Below, piece after piece: positions 9,073 to 18,802 of a stretch of DNA of 64,000 bases (the first letter of the stretch is position 1; each line of letters opens with the position of its first letter). A model generated the notes under the pieces. That model did not search any database. It saw only the letters and a list, made by a program, of their open reading frames with translations, and had not been told where the DNA came from. Source of the stretch: Candidatus Tagabacteria bacterium (GTDB lineage Bacteria; Patescibacteriota; Minisyncoccia; GCA-002779875); contig CAWGAO010000007.1 of NCBI GenBank assembly GCA_963820595.1, forward strand, positions 49,071-113,070, given 5' to 3'. A program made the position numbers and the translations under genes.

Positions 9073-10227
9073 ATGAAGATGAGAAAAAAAGTCATATTGA
9101 CTTCACCTTTACCGATTATGCTACCTATAATCAAAATTGTGGGAAATTTCTGCAATCTCAAATGCGATTATTGCTTTTATCACGCGAGAAATCAGGAAGA
9201 CAAAACGATAATGAGCACCGATCTTCTGGAAAAGTTTATCAAAGAATATCTAGAACTTTTTAAAGGTAATCTCCGCTTTACGTGGCATGGAGGCGAACCG
9301 CTTTTAGCGGGTTTGGACTTTTTCGAAAAAATTGTTGAATTCCAACGCAGATATTCGACAAAACGACACATGATTCTTAATACCGTGCAAACCAATGGCA
9401 CGTTAATCGATAACCAATGGGCACACTTCTTTAAGAATCATGATTTTAGAATAGGCGTGAGCCTTGATGGCGTCCAAAAATGCCATGACCGTTTCAGGAA
9501 AAATCGAGCCGGACATGGATCTTTTGAACGCGTCTTAAAGGGCATTAAGACTCTCCAGAAATACAAGGTGCCGGTTTCGATTTTGTCTACTCTAACGCGT
9601 CCTGGTCTAAAATATGCTGAAGATAATTTTAGTTTCTTTACGGAAAATCTTGGCATAAAGACCCTAGGAAATTGCGTTTATTGTTCGAGGTGTAAAATAA
9701 GAGGTCAAAATCTCAATATTCGCCCCGAAGATTTAACCGTATATCTAAAAAAGATAATTGACCTGTGGTTAGAAAAAAATGATGCAAGTATTAGGGTAAG
9801 AGAAATCGAAAATCATCTCGCGGGATTATTTGGTAAAGAAGCAGCCCTCTGTTTATTTAATGGATGGTGTACGGCCTTTTTTTGCCTTGAATCTGATGGC
9901 AAAATCTATCCCTGCGACAGAATGTCCGGAAATGAAAAACTTCTTTTCGGTAATTTATCTAAAAATTCTCTTATTTCAATTCTAAATAGTCCGATAAGAC
10001 TTCGTTATGCTCAAAAAGCAAATTTTCTCCATAACGATTGCTTATCCTGCAACTGGAAAAATTCTTGTAATAATGGTTGTATAGATTACAGAGACCAAAA
10101 TGGTAAGTTTTATTTCTGTAAGAGCCGCCAAGAAATCTTTCGCTATTTGAAATCAAAGCTGGAAGATGAAGGCGTGTCCTTGAATCTAGGAAAGGAGGTA
10201 AAAAAAAATGGCCAAACCCAAGAATAA
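9073..10227 (+). CDS. radical SAM enzyme with C-terminal SPASM domain (anSME-like peptide-modifying maturase)
   Basis: CNLKCDYC at residues 27-34 and GGEPLL. SPASM signature: CLESDGKIYPC, CLSCNWKNSCNNGC (CX2CX5CX3C), then FYFC. Confidence 0.9.
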   Translation: MKMRKKVILTSPLPIMLPIIKIVGNFCNLKCDYCFYHARNQEDKTIMSTDLLEKFIKEYLELFKGNLRFTWHGGEPLLAGLDFFEKIVEFQRRYSTKRHMILNTVQTNGTLIDNQWAHFFKNHDFRIGVSLDGVQKCHDRFRKNRAGHGSFERVLKGIKTLQKYKVPVSILSTLTRPGLKYAEDNFSFFTENLGIKTLGNCVYCSRCKIRGQNLNIRPEDLTVYLKKIIDLWLEKNDASIRVREIENHLAGLFGKEAALCLFNGWCTAFFCLESDGKIYPCDRMSGNEKLLFGNLSKNSLISILNSPIRLRYAQKANFLHNDCLSCNWKNSCNNGCIDYRDQNGKFYFCKSRQEIFRYLKSKLEDEGVSLNLGKEVKKNGQTQE

Positions 10228-10369
10228 GGCTATACAGGGTTCGATGAAGCGCTTATCAAAACACCCGCCTCAGGGTCTTTCAAGCGGTACCCTGCGTTCC
10301 CTTTTCGAAAAGGGACAGTACAGATCCTTCACATGGTCCAACAGCACAATAAGCTGGCCGGACGATTAA
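10208..10369 (+). CDS. 53-aa candidate RiPP precursor peptide (not in the ORF track)
   Basis: The ATG at 10208 overlaps the rSAM 3' end and is preceded by AAGGAGGT. Product: MAKPKNKAIQGSMKRLSKHPPQGLSSGTLRSLFEKGQYRSFTWSNSTISWPDD. Confidence 0.6.
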   Translation: MAKPKNKAIQGSMKRLSKHPPQGLSSGTLRSLFEKGQYRSFTWSNSTISWPDD

Positions 10370-10388
10370 CCAAAGAGGTCTCATTGGA

Positions 10389-11360
10389 CTACTTTGACAA
10401 CAAAGTAGTCCATTTTTTTTGTCGAGAAAGTATCTTTATAAACTCTTTAATATAGATGCGGTCAAATTTTTTCTTTTTTTGAATATAAGAATCAGTCAAC
10501 TTTATGATTTCTTCAGTTTGCCCTGAATCAATTTCGGGTAATGCGCTTTTAGAAAATGGGTTAAGACTTAAAGGCCGCGGCGCATTGAGAAACCGAACGC
10601 TCAAAATTCCAATAGGTAAAAGCGCGCGTATTATAACTTCGTTAAGAAAACTGACCGCTTGTTTTTTTTTAAATATGCTTGCAAGTATTTTTTGCAAAAA
10701 AATATCATCTTGAATATAGTGATGCGTGATTTCATGTAATATTACTCCTGTAATATAATCAACTTTCTTAAATGGACATTTCATATGCATCTCTAAAAGA
10801 ATATTTCCCTCTTTAAGTCCTCTTCCCCTTTCGCCGCCGGCGCCGGCGGCATATTTTTTGAAAGAATTTTCCTTAGCGTTACCAAGTAATAAGAAGATAT
10901 TGAATGTTCGATGGTTTAAATCGGCGCGAAAAAGACTATTTAAACTTTTTATTATATTTTTACTTGGCTGATGCTTGACGCTCGCGGCTAATTTCGTGCT
11001 CCATTCTTTTAAAAACGCTTCTTTTTCGAAGAAAATAATTTCGAATTTTTTCTCAAAGACTGAAAAAATTTTTTCTAACTCTTTTATATCTTTTGGCGAG
11101 ATTTTCTTTTTCAAGGCTTTCCATGGATTTTTTTCTTCAAAGAATGGTTTCCCAAGATAAAACTTTAAAAAATAACGATGGTAGATTTTTTTGAATCGCT
11201 TGAGAGTGACCCGTTCTTCTCTACTGAATTTACCAAACCTTTTTTCCCAAATAGTAATAGGCCCGGAAGGACGATAAGGCCATGGCCATTCGCACTGCGA
11301 AAAATTATGCAGGAAATAGTAAGAATTAGCCCATCTATTAATTAGAACGCGAAATTTCAT
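10389..11360 (-). CDS. HExxH-motif protein (putative zinc metallopeptidase), paralog of 41742-42762
   Basis: VILHEITHHY motif. Colinear similarity to the 41742-42762 product: LGKPFFEEKNPW vs MGKPFFFSDENRIW; GAGGERGRG vs LGGGANLGRN; HEITH vs HEIAH. Confidence 0.6.
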   Translation of the reverse strand: MKFRVLINRWANSYYFLHNFSQCEWPWPYRPSGPITIWEKRFGKFSREERVTLKRFKKIYHRYFLKFYLGKPFFEEKNPWKALKKKISPKDIKELEKIFSVFEKKFEIIFFEKEAFLKEWSTKLAASVKHQPSKNIIKSLNSLFRADLNHRTFNIFLLLGNAKENSFKKYAAGAGGERGRGLKEGNILLEMHMKCPFKKVDYITGVILHEITHHYIQDDIFLQKILASIFKKKQAVSFLNEVIIRALLPIGILSVRFLNAPRPLSLNPFSKSALPEIDSGQTEEIIKLTDSYIQKKKKFDRIYIKEFIKILSRQKKWTTLLSK

Positions 11361-11384
11361 AACAGTTCAATCTTACCTTAAATT

Positions 11385-11414
11385 TATAAAAATAAAAGGC
11401 GCAGAAAGCGCCTC
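11385..11414 (-). terminator. intrinsic terminator
   Basis: Minus-strand AGGCGC-tttct-GCGCCT followed by TTTTATTTTTATA. Confidence 0.7.
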
Positions 11415-11425
11415 TTGGTAAAAAT

Positions 11426-12121
11426 TTAAAAACTAATCTTTATGGCTTTATCTAGGGTCTTGCGAAAATTTCTGGTTTTTAGCCATTCTTTTTCAATTAT
11501 TTTTCGCAACTGCGCATGCTCTGGATAGCCATTATCTTTTTCGAGACGAAGATCTTCAAATTCTAGATTAAGCAGCACGGTAAAAGCTTCTTTTATATCC
11601 CAGATTTGTTTTTTCGATAGCCCCTTGCCAGTACAATATTCCCAGTAGTAAGGAATAAACATGAAATGCATAAGTTCGTGCATAGCCGTTCCAGCGATAG
11701 AATATTTATTTTTAAACATCGGAGCGGCAAACCAGGGATTTTTTTGAGTGTTATAGCCGAACCTGCTGGCCGTAGATAGAACTCCTTTGACTGATTTATA
11801 AGGAAACGGGTTTTCGTGTATTTTTTCTAGCCGCCTTAAAACCTCTTTTTCTATTTTTGCCCAAACGGTATTACTATCTTTTATTAGGTTAATTAAAAAT
11901 CTTCTCTTTCCCGGGCTATAATAATCATTTATTTCATTTGAAATAAACTTTTTTCTTCCCGATTCAGAAAGCTTAAGTAATTTTTCATACCTCTCATTTT
12001 TATCCTGTGTATAAGAATGCAGTTTTCGCCGATAAGTATCCACGCCAATAAGATGATTTTGGATGTCTAGTTTTTTATCAATAACAAATTTAATTTTTTG
12101 CTTCATAGATTTATTTGCCAT
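11426..12121 (-). CDS. HExxH-motif protein (second putative metallopeptidase)
   Basis: 231-aa ORF with AMHELMHFMF. No other family is recognisable. Confidence 0.5.
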   Translation of the reverse strand: MANKSMKQKIKFVIDKKLDIQNHLIGVDTYRRKLHSYTQDKNERYEKLLKLSESGRKKFISNEINDYYSPGKRRFLINLIKDSNTVWAKIEKEVLRRLEKIHENPFPYKSVKGVLSTASRFGYNTQKNPWFAAPMFKNKYSIAGTAMHELMHFMFIPYYWEYCTGKGLSKKQIWDIKEAFTVLLNLEFEDLRLEKDNGYPEHAQLRKIIEKEWLKTRNFRKTLDKAIKISF

Positions 12122-12205
12122 GGTTTGTTTTTCCTCCTATTTGCTTTCAATGGGCAATTTTTAGTCTAAAAACAGAATAGCACATTGCGTGCTATCTGTC
12201 AAATG

Positions 12206-12245
12206 TCCGCCCACTAGGAATCGAACCTAGAACCTTCTCTCCCGC
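12206..12245 (-). other. orphan tRNA 3' fragment (T-arm plus acceptor 3' strand)
   Basis: The minus strand reads ...GGGAGAGAAGGTT-CTAGG-TTCGATT-CCTAG-TGGGCGG-A. No matching 5' half is adjacent. Confidence 0.6.
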
Positions 12246-12300
12246 AAAATAAGGAACGTCAGTGACTATATTTTGCGTGGATCCCGTTGTGCGCCCCTGC

Positions 12301-12375
12301 TCCGCCCATCAGGAATCGAACCTGAAACCTTCTCCTTAAAAGGGAGCTGTCCGCCAACTGGCGGACTATGGGCTT
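12301..12375 (-). tRNA. tRNA-Lys(UUU)-like gene with a mismatched acceptor 5' end
   Basis: Hand-folded: AAGCCCA TA GTCC-GCCAGTTGGC-GGAC A GCTCC-CTTTTAA-GGAGA AGGTT TCAGG-TTCGATT-CCTGA TGGGCGG A. Only 5 of 7 acceptor pairs form. Confidence 0.55.
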
Positions 12376-12380
12376 AAATA

Positions 12381-12453
12381 TCCGCCTGGAAGGACTCGAA
12401 CCTTCAACTTTCTCCTTAAAAGGGAGCTACTCTACCAATTGAGTTACAGGCGG
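12381..12453 (-). tRNA. tRNA-Lys (anticodon UUU)
   Basis: Hand-folded cloverleaf: CCGCCTG TA ACTC-AATTGGTA-GAGT A GCTCC-CTTTTAA-GGAGA AAGTT GAAGG-TTCGAGT-CCTTC CAGGCGG A. Acceptor pairing is 7 of 7. Confidence 0.85.
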
Positions 12454-12707
12454 TTAATTGATATTATGTTTTTAATAAATTCTCTGCCTCTGAAACTTTT
12501 CAACTCTTTTTCCCTTCTCAGCGCGTTGTGCTTATCATTTAATTTTTCTTTATACACGACAATCCATGGTCCTGCATTTTTCCTTGTAAAATGTGCTATA
12601 TTTTGTCGAAAGTTATTATGCTCTGCGCTTCTCCTTTCTAAATTATTTGTCGAACCGATATAGATTTTACCACTACTCTGACTTTTTAGGACATAAACAT
12701 AGTACAT
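12444..12707 (-). CDS. small GIY-YIG nuclease family protein
   Basis: YYVYVLKS...GKIYIGSTNNLERRSAEHN matches the GIY-X10-YIG, R and E core. Its stop codon lies inside tRNA-Lys positions 8-10. Confidence 0.8.
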   Translation of the reverse strand: MYYVYVLKSQSSGKIYIGSTNNLERRSAEHNNFRQNIAHFTRKNAGPWIVVYKEKLNDKHNALRREKELKSFRGREFIKNIISINRL

Positions 12708-12711
12708 ATTT

Positions 12712-12748
12712 ATCGGGAACTGTCCGCCAGCTGGCGGACTATGGGCGG
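12712..12748 (-). other. orphan tRNA 5' fragment (acceptor 5' strand through the anticodon stem)
   Basis: CCGCCCATAGTCCGCCAGCTGGCGGACAGTTCCC matches the 5' part of the 12301-12375 tRNA at 30/34. Its CCGCCCA is perfectly complementary to the TGGGCGG 3' strands at 12302 and 12207. Confidence 0.6.
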
Positions 12749-12767
12749 TTATAAAATGAGCGCTAAA

Positions 12768-13274
12768 CTAGCGCTTCTTTATTGTAACGAATAATGCGAC
12801 CAATGGCAAGATTAGCCACCAGAAAAAGGCTGTTGGTGTCGTGAAAAAAATTTGAACCAGTGGCGAAAGCGTGAAAATTCCTTTTGTAGGCAAAAGTCTA
12901 AAAACAAGACTTATTAAAAGTCCTGTTTCGAGGAAACTTAACAAAAATACCTGCCACCACACTCTTGTTCCCGAAATATTATCGTGGCGCAGGAGCCGAT
13001 TGAAAATAAAAGCCAAAAGAAGAATAAGTATCGCGAATGACGCGCCGCGAATTAAAAAAGCGTCAAGTGGCGGGCGGCTTTTGGTGAGATAATCGAGATA
13101 AGAAAGATTTTCGAATATAAGTCCCGAAACATAAAGCGAAATCAATGCGGCAATAAGCTTGGTTTTTCCCGTCGACAGGCCGTAAAAAAATCCCGCGGCA
13201 ATAAAAAAGAAAACAACAACTACCTCCCAAGTGGGATGATTTATTATTTTTGAGATAATTTCGAGATTTGCCAA
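12768..13274 (-). CDS. integral membrane protein (start uncertain; TTG at 13274 proposed)
   Basis: Five predicted TM helices. The track's extension to 13388 (MRFAHKGCAYSAPAHCEIEH...) is a read-through of the repeat element. Confidence 0.55.
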   Translation of the reverse strand: MANLEIISKIINHPTWEVVVVFFFIAAGFFYGLSTGKTKLIAALISLYVSGLIFENLSYLDYLTKSRPPLDAFLIRGASFAILILLLAFIFNRLLRHDNISGTRVWWQVFLLSFLETGLLISLVFRLLPTKGIFTLSPLVQIFFTTPTAFFWWLILPLVALFVTIKKR

Positions 13275-13525
13275 AATTATATGAACACTAGCGAATAATA
13301 ATTTTGAGCACCCCGCCCTTTTGGCGCCGTGTTCAATTTCGCAATGCGCGGGCGCCGAATAGGCGCATCCTTTATGCGCGAAGCGCATTGCTGTAATTTA
13401 ATCATCTGATTTAATTTATTCATAATATTTTATATATCTCGCGTCCAAAAGGGCGGGGTTAAGATTCTGTAAATCTACAACCACGATTTGTCGCTAATAA
13501 TATTCCAAATCGCGGGCAAATTCCT
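13275..13525. repeat. nested-hairpin intercistronic element, long form (copy B1)
   Basis: TTGAGCA-CCCCGCCCTTTTGG (13311-13324) ... CCAAAAGGGCGGGG (13445-13458). A second hairpin follows: CACGATTTG/CAAATCGCG, then GGCAAATTCC. The loop holds the sub-module GCGGGCGCCGAATAGGCGCATCC. Confidence 0.85.
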
Positions 13526-14596
13526 TTAAATTCCTTCTTTTCGCAGTTCTTCGATGGCTTTTTTCGCCTTGTTCGATAACCTTTTAGGGGTTTTTATCGT
13601 GATTTTAATCAGCAAGTCTCCCCTGCCCCGATGTTCGCTTGGAATACCTTTTCCTCGCACCCGTAAAATTTCTCCCGAATCGATTCCGACGGGAATTTTT
13701 AAAGTGATTAAGCCGTCAAGCGTTTTAATCTCTTTTTCTCCGCCCAGAAGAGCATCGGATAACCTTAAATCAAGGTTCATTACGAGATTATTTCCTTCCC
13801 GCCTGAATAACGGATGAGGCCTAACATGGATTTTTACGTATAAATCGCCCGGTACGCCGCCGGAAATTGCCTCTCCTTGTCCCGACAATTTTATCATTTG
13901 GCCGTCTTCAATGCCGGATGGAATTTTTATTTTTACTTCCTCGCGTTTAGGTATTGCTTCTTCTCCCCTACACGCGGAACATTTTTTCTCGGGGATTTTC
14001 CCGCGACCATGACAATTACTGCATCCGACAAGAGAAGTCATCGTGCCGAAAAATGAACGCCTTGTTTCGTGTATTTGACCCGAGCCTCGGCAAATGGGAC
14101 AGGTTTTTAATTCAACTCCTTCCTCCGCTCCCCTGCCTTTGCACTTTTCGCAAACGCCTAATTTGGTCAAAATCACTTTACGTTCAGCTCCAAAAGCCGC
14201 ATCTTCAAAACTCAATTCTAAATCAATAGAAATATCGCGTCCCCGTTTGACGCGGGTTCGCCCTCCCGAAGAAAATCCGAAAATGTCCCCAAAAATATCT
14301 CCGAGGTCGAAATCGCCAAAACCACCCATGCCTTCAGCAAAGCCGTTAAAATCAAATCCGGGGCCGCCTGCGCTGCCCGGCGCGCCACTGAACACTCTGC
14401 CGTATCTGTCGTATTCGGCTCTTTTCGCGTCGTCTATAAGAATATGGTAAGCCTCATTTATCTCTTTGAATTTTTCTTCATCTCCGCCGGACTTATCCGG
14501 ATGATATTTGTGCGCCAAATGGCGATATGCTTTCTTGATATCTTCTTTTGAGGCATTTCTCGGAACGCCCAATGTTTGGTAGTAATCTTTTGCCAT
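13526..14596 (-). CDS. dnaJ: chaperone DnaJ
   Basis: J domain with HPD, a G/F region, and four zinc-finger repeats: three CxxCxGxG ([24 protein letters not shown]) and one degenerate (CSACRGEE). Confidence 0.95.
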   Translation of the reverse strand: MAKDYYQTLGVPRNASKEDIKKAYRHLAHKYHPDKSGGDEEKFKEINEAYHILIDDAKRAEYDRYGRVFSGAPGSAGGPGFDFNGFAEGMGGFGDFDLGDIFGDIFGFSSGGRTRVKRGRDISIDLELSFEDAAFGAERKVILTKLGVCEKCKGRGAEEGVELKTCPICRGSGQIHETRRSFFGTMTSLVGCSNCHGRGKIPEKKCSACRGEEAIPKREEVKIKIPSGIEDGQMIKLSGQGEAISGGVPGDLYVKIHVRPHPLFRREGNNLVMNLDLRLSDALLGGEKEIKTLDGLITLKIPVGIDSGEILRVRGKGIPSEHRGRGDLLIKITIKTPKRLSNKAKKAIEELRKEGI

Positions 14597-14706
14597 AATT
14601 TCCTAAATTTTAGAGCAAAGCGAATAAAATTTAACTGAAATTGTGAGCATCCCGCCAAAGCCCTGCCTGCGGCAGGCAGGTTCAGCGGAGGCGGGGTATT
14701 CATAAT
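14597..14706. repeat. nested-hairpin element (copy B2, degenerate) carrying a CCTGCCTGC palindrome in its loop
   Basis: GAGCA-TCCCGCC...CCTGCCTGCgGCAGGCAGG...GGCGGGG-TA, between dnaK and dnaJ. Confidence 0.75.
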
Positions 14707-16593
<1,887 letters not shown>

Positions 16594-16614
16594 AATTTTG
16601 TTATTCGTTTTTTG

Positions 16615-17241
16615 TTATTCGTTTTTATTTTTACTTACTTTGACTCTGGCTGGCCTTATAACCTTGCCATAAAGCAAATATCCTTTTTGTAATTCCTCAA
16701 CAATAACTCCTCCTTCTTTTTCCGATTCGATCTCACCGATTATCTCGTGCATTTGGAGATTAACTTTCTCTCCAACGCTCTTTATGGTCTCAAGGCCATA
16801 TTTTCTTAAAACATCCTCTAACTGCATTCTAATCAAAATAACCCCTTTTGAAAATTTCGAATCTTTTTCGCTTTCGGCGGCAAAAGCTAAATCAAAACTG
16901 TCCAGAACCGGCAAAATATCCGAAATCAGGACGGAATTGGCGAATTTTAAGAACTCCTGATTACGTCTTTCGTCTTCCTTTCTGGCATTAATCAAATCCG
17001 CCTTAGCTCTTTGCCAGCCGTTCAAGTATTCTTCTTTGAGCTCCTGGCATTTTTTCAGCTTTTCCTGAAGTTGTTTTACTTTTTCCTGAAACGACGAATC
17101 TCCTTCATCGATTACTTCCTCGACGACAATTTCTTCCTTGTCCTCCGACTTGTCCGCCAAAGTTTCAGCGTCGGCGGAAGCCTTGGCGGAGGAGAAGCCA
17201 TCCTCGCCATTATTTTTTTCGTTTTTTTTATTATCGCTCAT
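16615..17241 (-). CDS. grpE: nucleotide exchange factor GrpE
   Basis: Acidic N-terminus, a coiled coil, and a conserved C-terminal beta domain (...GYLLYGKVIRPARV). Sits directly upstream of dnaK. Confidence 0.9.
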   Translation of the reverse strand: MSDNKKNEKNNGEDGFSSAKASADAETLADKSEDKEEIVVEEVIDEGDSSFQEKVKQLQEKLKKCQELKEEYLNGWQRAKADLINARKEDERRNQEFLKFANSVLISDILPVLDSFDLAFAAESEKDSKFSKGVILIRMQLEDVLRKYGLETIKSVGEKVNLQMHEIIGEIESEKEGGVIVEELQKGYLLYGKVIRPARVKVSKNKNE

Positions 17242-17310
17242 ATCTAAAGTTGCGAAATTACCTTAGTTTAATCCGCTAAATTCTCTCTGTCAAGTTTGAT
17301 TTTCCATATT

Positions 17311-17742
17311 TTACCTCTTGCTCCACTGCGGGGCCTTCCTTGCTTTCTTTAAGCCAAATTTTCTCCGTTCTTTCATTCGCGGATCGCGTTTCAGAAAACC
17401 CAAATGCTTTAAGGGTTTGTGTAAATCCGGCTGGAATTTTTGCAATGCGCGGGCAATTCCGTGCTGCAAGGCTCCGGACTGGGAACTGATACCGCCACCG
17501 GTTATTTTGGCTTCTATCCTGATTCTCGAAAGAAGCTGGGTTTCTTTTAGAGGTTTCTGAGCCGTTATTCGAAGGCCGATGGTCGGGAAATATGCCAAGA
17601 AATCTTTGCCATTAATAATAATCCCGCCCTTTCCCGCCTCGTCATCGAATAGCCGCACTCGAGCAATAGACGTCTTACGGCGTCCTACCGCTTCAATATA
17701 ACGAGATTCTTTTTCCTTAATTTTTAGTGTCTTCGCCGCCAT
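17311..17742 (-). CDS. rpsI: 30S ribosomal protein S9
   Basis: GGGISSQSGALQHGIARAL and a C-terminal ...KKARKAPQWSKR. Confidence 0.93.
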   Translation of the reverse strand: MAAKTLKIKEKESRYIEAVGRRKTSIARVRLFDDEAGKGGIIINGKDFLAYFPTIGLRITAQKPLKETQLLSRIRIEAKITGGGISSQSGALQHGIARALQKFQPDLHKPLKHLGFLKRDPRMKERRKFGLKKARKAPQWSKR

Positions 17743-17753
17743 TTTATTTTTTA

Positions 17754-18098
17754 TTATTCGATTATAAGATTTTTTAAAATTCCTTTTCTGAGCCTGTTTT
17801 TTGGAAGCATACCCCGAACGATTTTTTTAAAAGTCATATCGGGATTTTTTTCCCAAAACTTTTTTACGGGTAAATATTTAAGGCTTCCAGGGTATCCCGA
17901 ATATTTTTTATACATAGTCTGGCTAATCTTTTTTTCGAATATTTTTGCCTTTGAAATATTTACGACTTTGACGCGTATTTTCGGCGCCGTATTCGGCGAA
18001 TAGCCGACGTCTGTTTTTGCCATAAGATTATGCGCCGCTTCCGTCGCTATTCTGCCCAAAGTTCTATCTTTTGCATCAATAATGATTTCCTTTGCCAT
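17754..18098 (-). CDS. rplM: 50S ribosomal protein L13 (short, 114 aa)
   Basis: MAKEIIIDAKDRTLGRIATEAAHNL... The track's start at 18143 reads into the repeat; the ATG at 18098 is the conserved start. Confidence 0.85.
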   Translation of the reverse strand: MAKEIIIDAKDRTLGRIATEAAHNLMAKTDVGYSPNTAPKIRVKVVNISKAKIFEKKISQTMYKKYSGYPGSLKYLPVKKFWEKNPDMTFKKIVRGMLPKNRLRKGILKNLIIE

Positions 18099-18336
18099 AA
18101 AATTAAGGAATGAAATGACTATAATTTTTGAGCACCCCCTCACTCATTTTACTAAGAAAACGCCGCCGCAGGGCGAGGGCGAATAGCCCTGCCTTATTCA
18201 GGCAAGCCCTGCGGGATATATTCATATTAATTTGTTTTATTACCTCTGGCATACTTTTGTTTCGTAAAATGAGTGAAGGGGTAAAGGTTTGCCAACGAAA
18301 TTTTTCTTCGCTATTGCTCGAAAAATTTCGGGCAAT
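18099..18336. repeat. nested-hairpin intercistronic element, long form (copy B3)
   Basis: TTGAGCA-CCCCCTCACTCATTTTAC ... GTAAAATGAGTGAAGGGG-TAAAGGTTTGCCAAC, then CGAAATTTTTC/GAAAAATTTCG, then GGCAATTCAC. Confidence 0.85.
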
Positions 18337-18690
18337 TCACTTTACAAGCTCAATAATCGCCATTAACCCCGCGTCACCGATTTTTCGTCTGCCTAATTTG
18401 ATAATTCGCGTATAGCCTCCTTTTTTCTCGGCATAACGAGGCGCAATTTCTCCGAATAATTTTTTAACTTGAATGGGGGCAAGAGTCCTGGCGACCAAAC
18501 GACGGTTAGAAACGGTATCCTTTTTGGCTCGCGTTATCAGTTTTTCAACTAAAGGTTGGATTTCTTTCGCTTTTGCCTTGGTCGTGGTAATTTTTTCCGC
18601 CTTTATAAAATTATTCAAAAGAGAACGAATTAAACTTCGCCTTACTTTTTTTTCTCTTCCGAATTTTCGTCCTCTTTTAAGATGCCTCAT
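18337..18690 (-). CDS. rplQ: 50S ribosomal protein L17
   Basis: MRHLKRGRKFGR... and GGYTRI motifs; follows rpoA. Confidence 0.92.
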   Translation of the reverse strand: MRHLKRGRKFGREKKVRRSLIRSLLNNFIKAEKITTTKAKAKEIQPLVEKLITRAKKDTVSNRRLVARTLAPIQVKKLFGEIAPRYAEKKGGYTRIIKLGRRKIGDAGLMAIIELVK

Positions 18691-18802
18691 GCCAAAAATT
18701 AATGAGCGAAGCGATTATAATTTTTGAGCACCCCGCCGCAGGCGGGGTAAAGGTTTTGCAACCGCGATTTGTCGCTTCGTTCCAAATCGCGGGCAAATTC
18801 CT
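18691..18802. repeat. nested-hairpin intercistronic element, long form, minimal loop (copy B4)
   Basis: GAGCGAAGCGA...TTGAGCA-CCCCGCC-gca-GGCGGGG-TAAAGGTTTTGCAAC-CCGCGATTTG-tcgcttcgttc-CAAATCGCGG-GCAAATTCC. Confidence 0.9.

Noticed and set aside
9073-10227. Annotating the two rSAM/SPASM proteins as anaerobic sulfatase-maturating enzymes.
   Set aside because: There is no sulfatase gene or C/S-x-P-x-R substrate motif nearby. Each enzyme is instead translationally coupled to a small Trp-rich peptide, so a peptide-maturase role fits better.
13275-13388. The N-terminal extension MRFAHKGCAYSAPAHCEIEHGAKRAGCSKLLFASVHII of ORF 12768-13388. Similar extensions are at 18099-18143 for rplM and 56760-56810 for maf.
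   Set aside because: These stretches are translations of the palindromic repeat elements. The conserved protein sequence begins at the later start codons.
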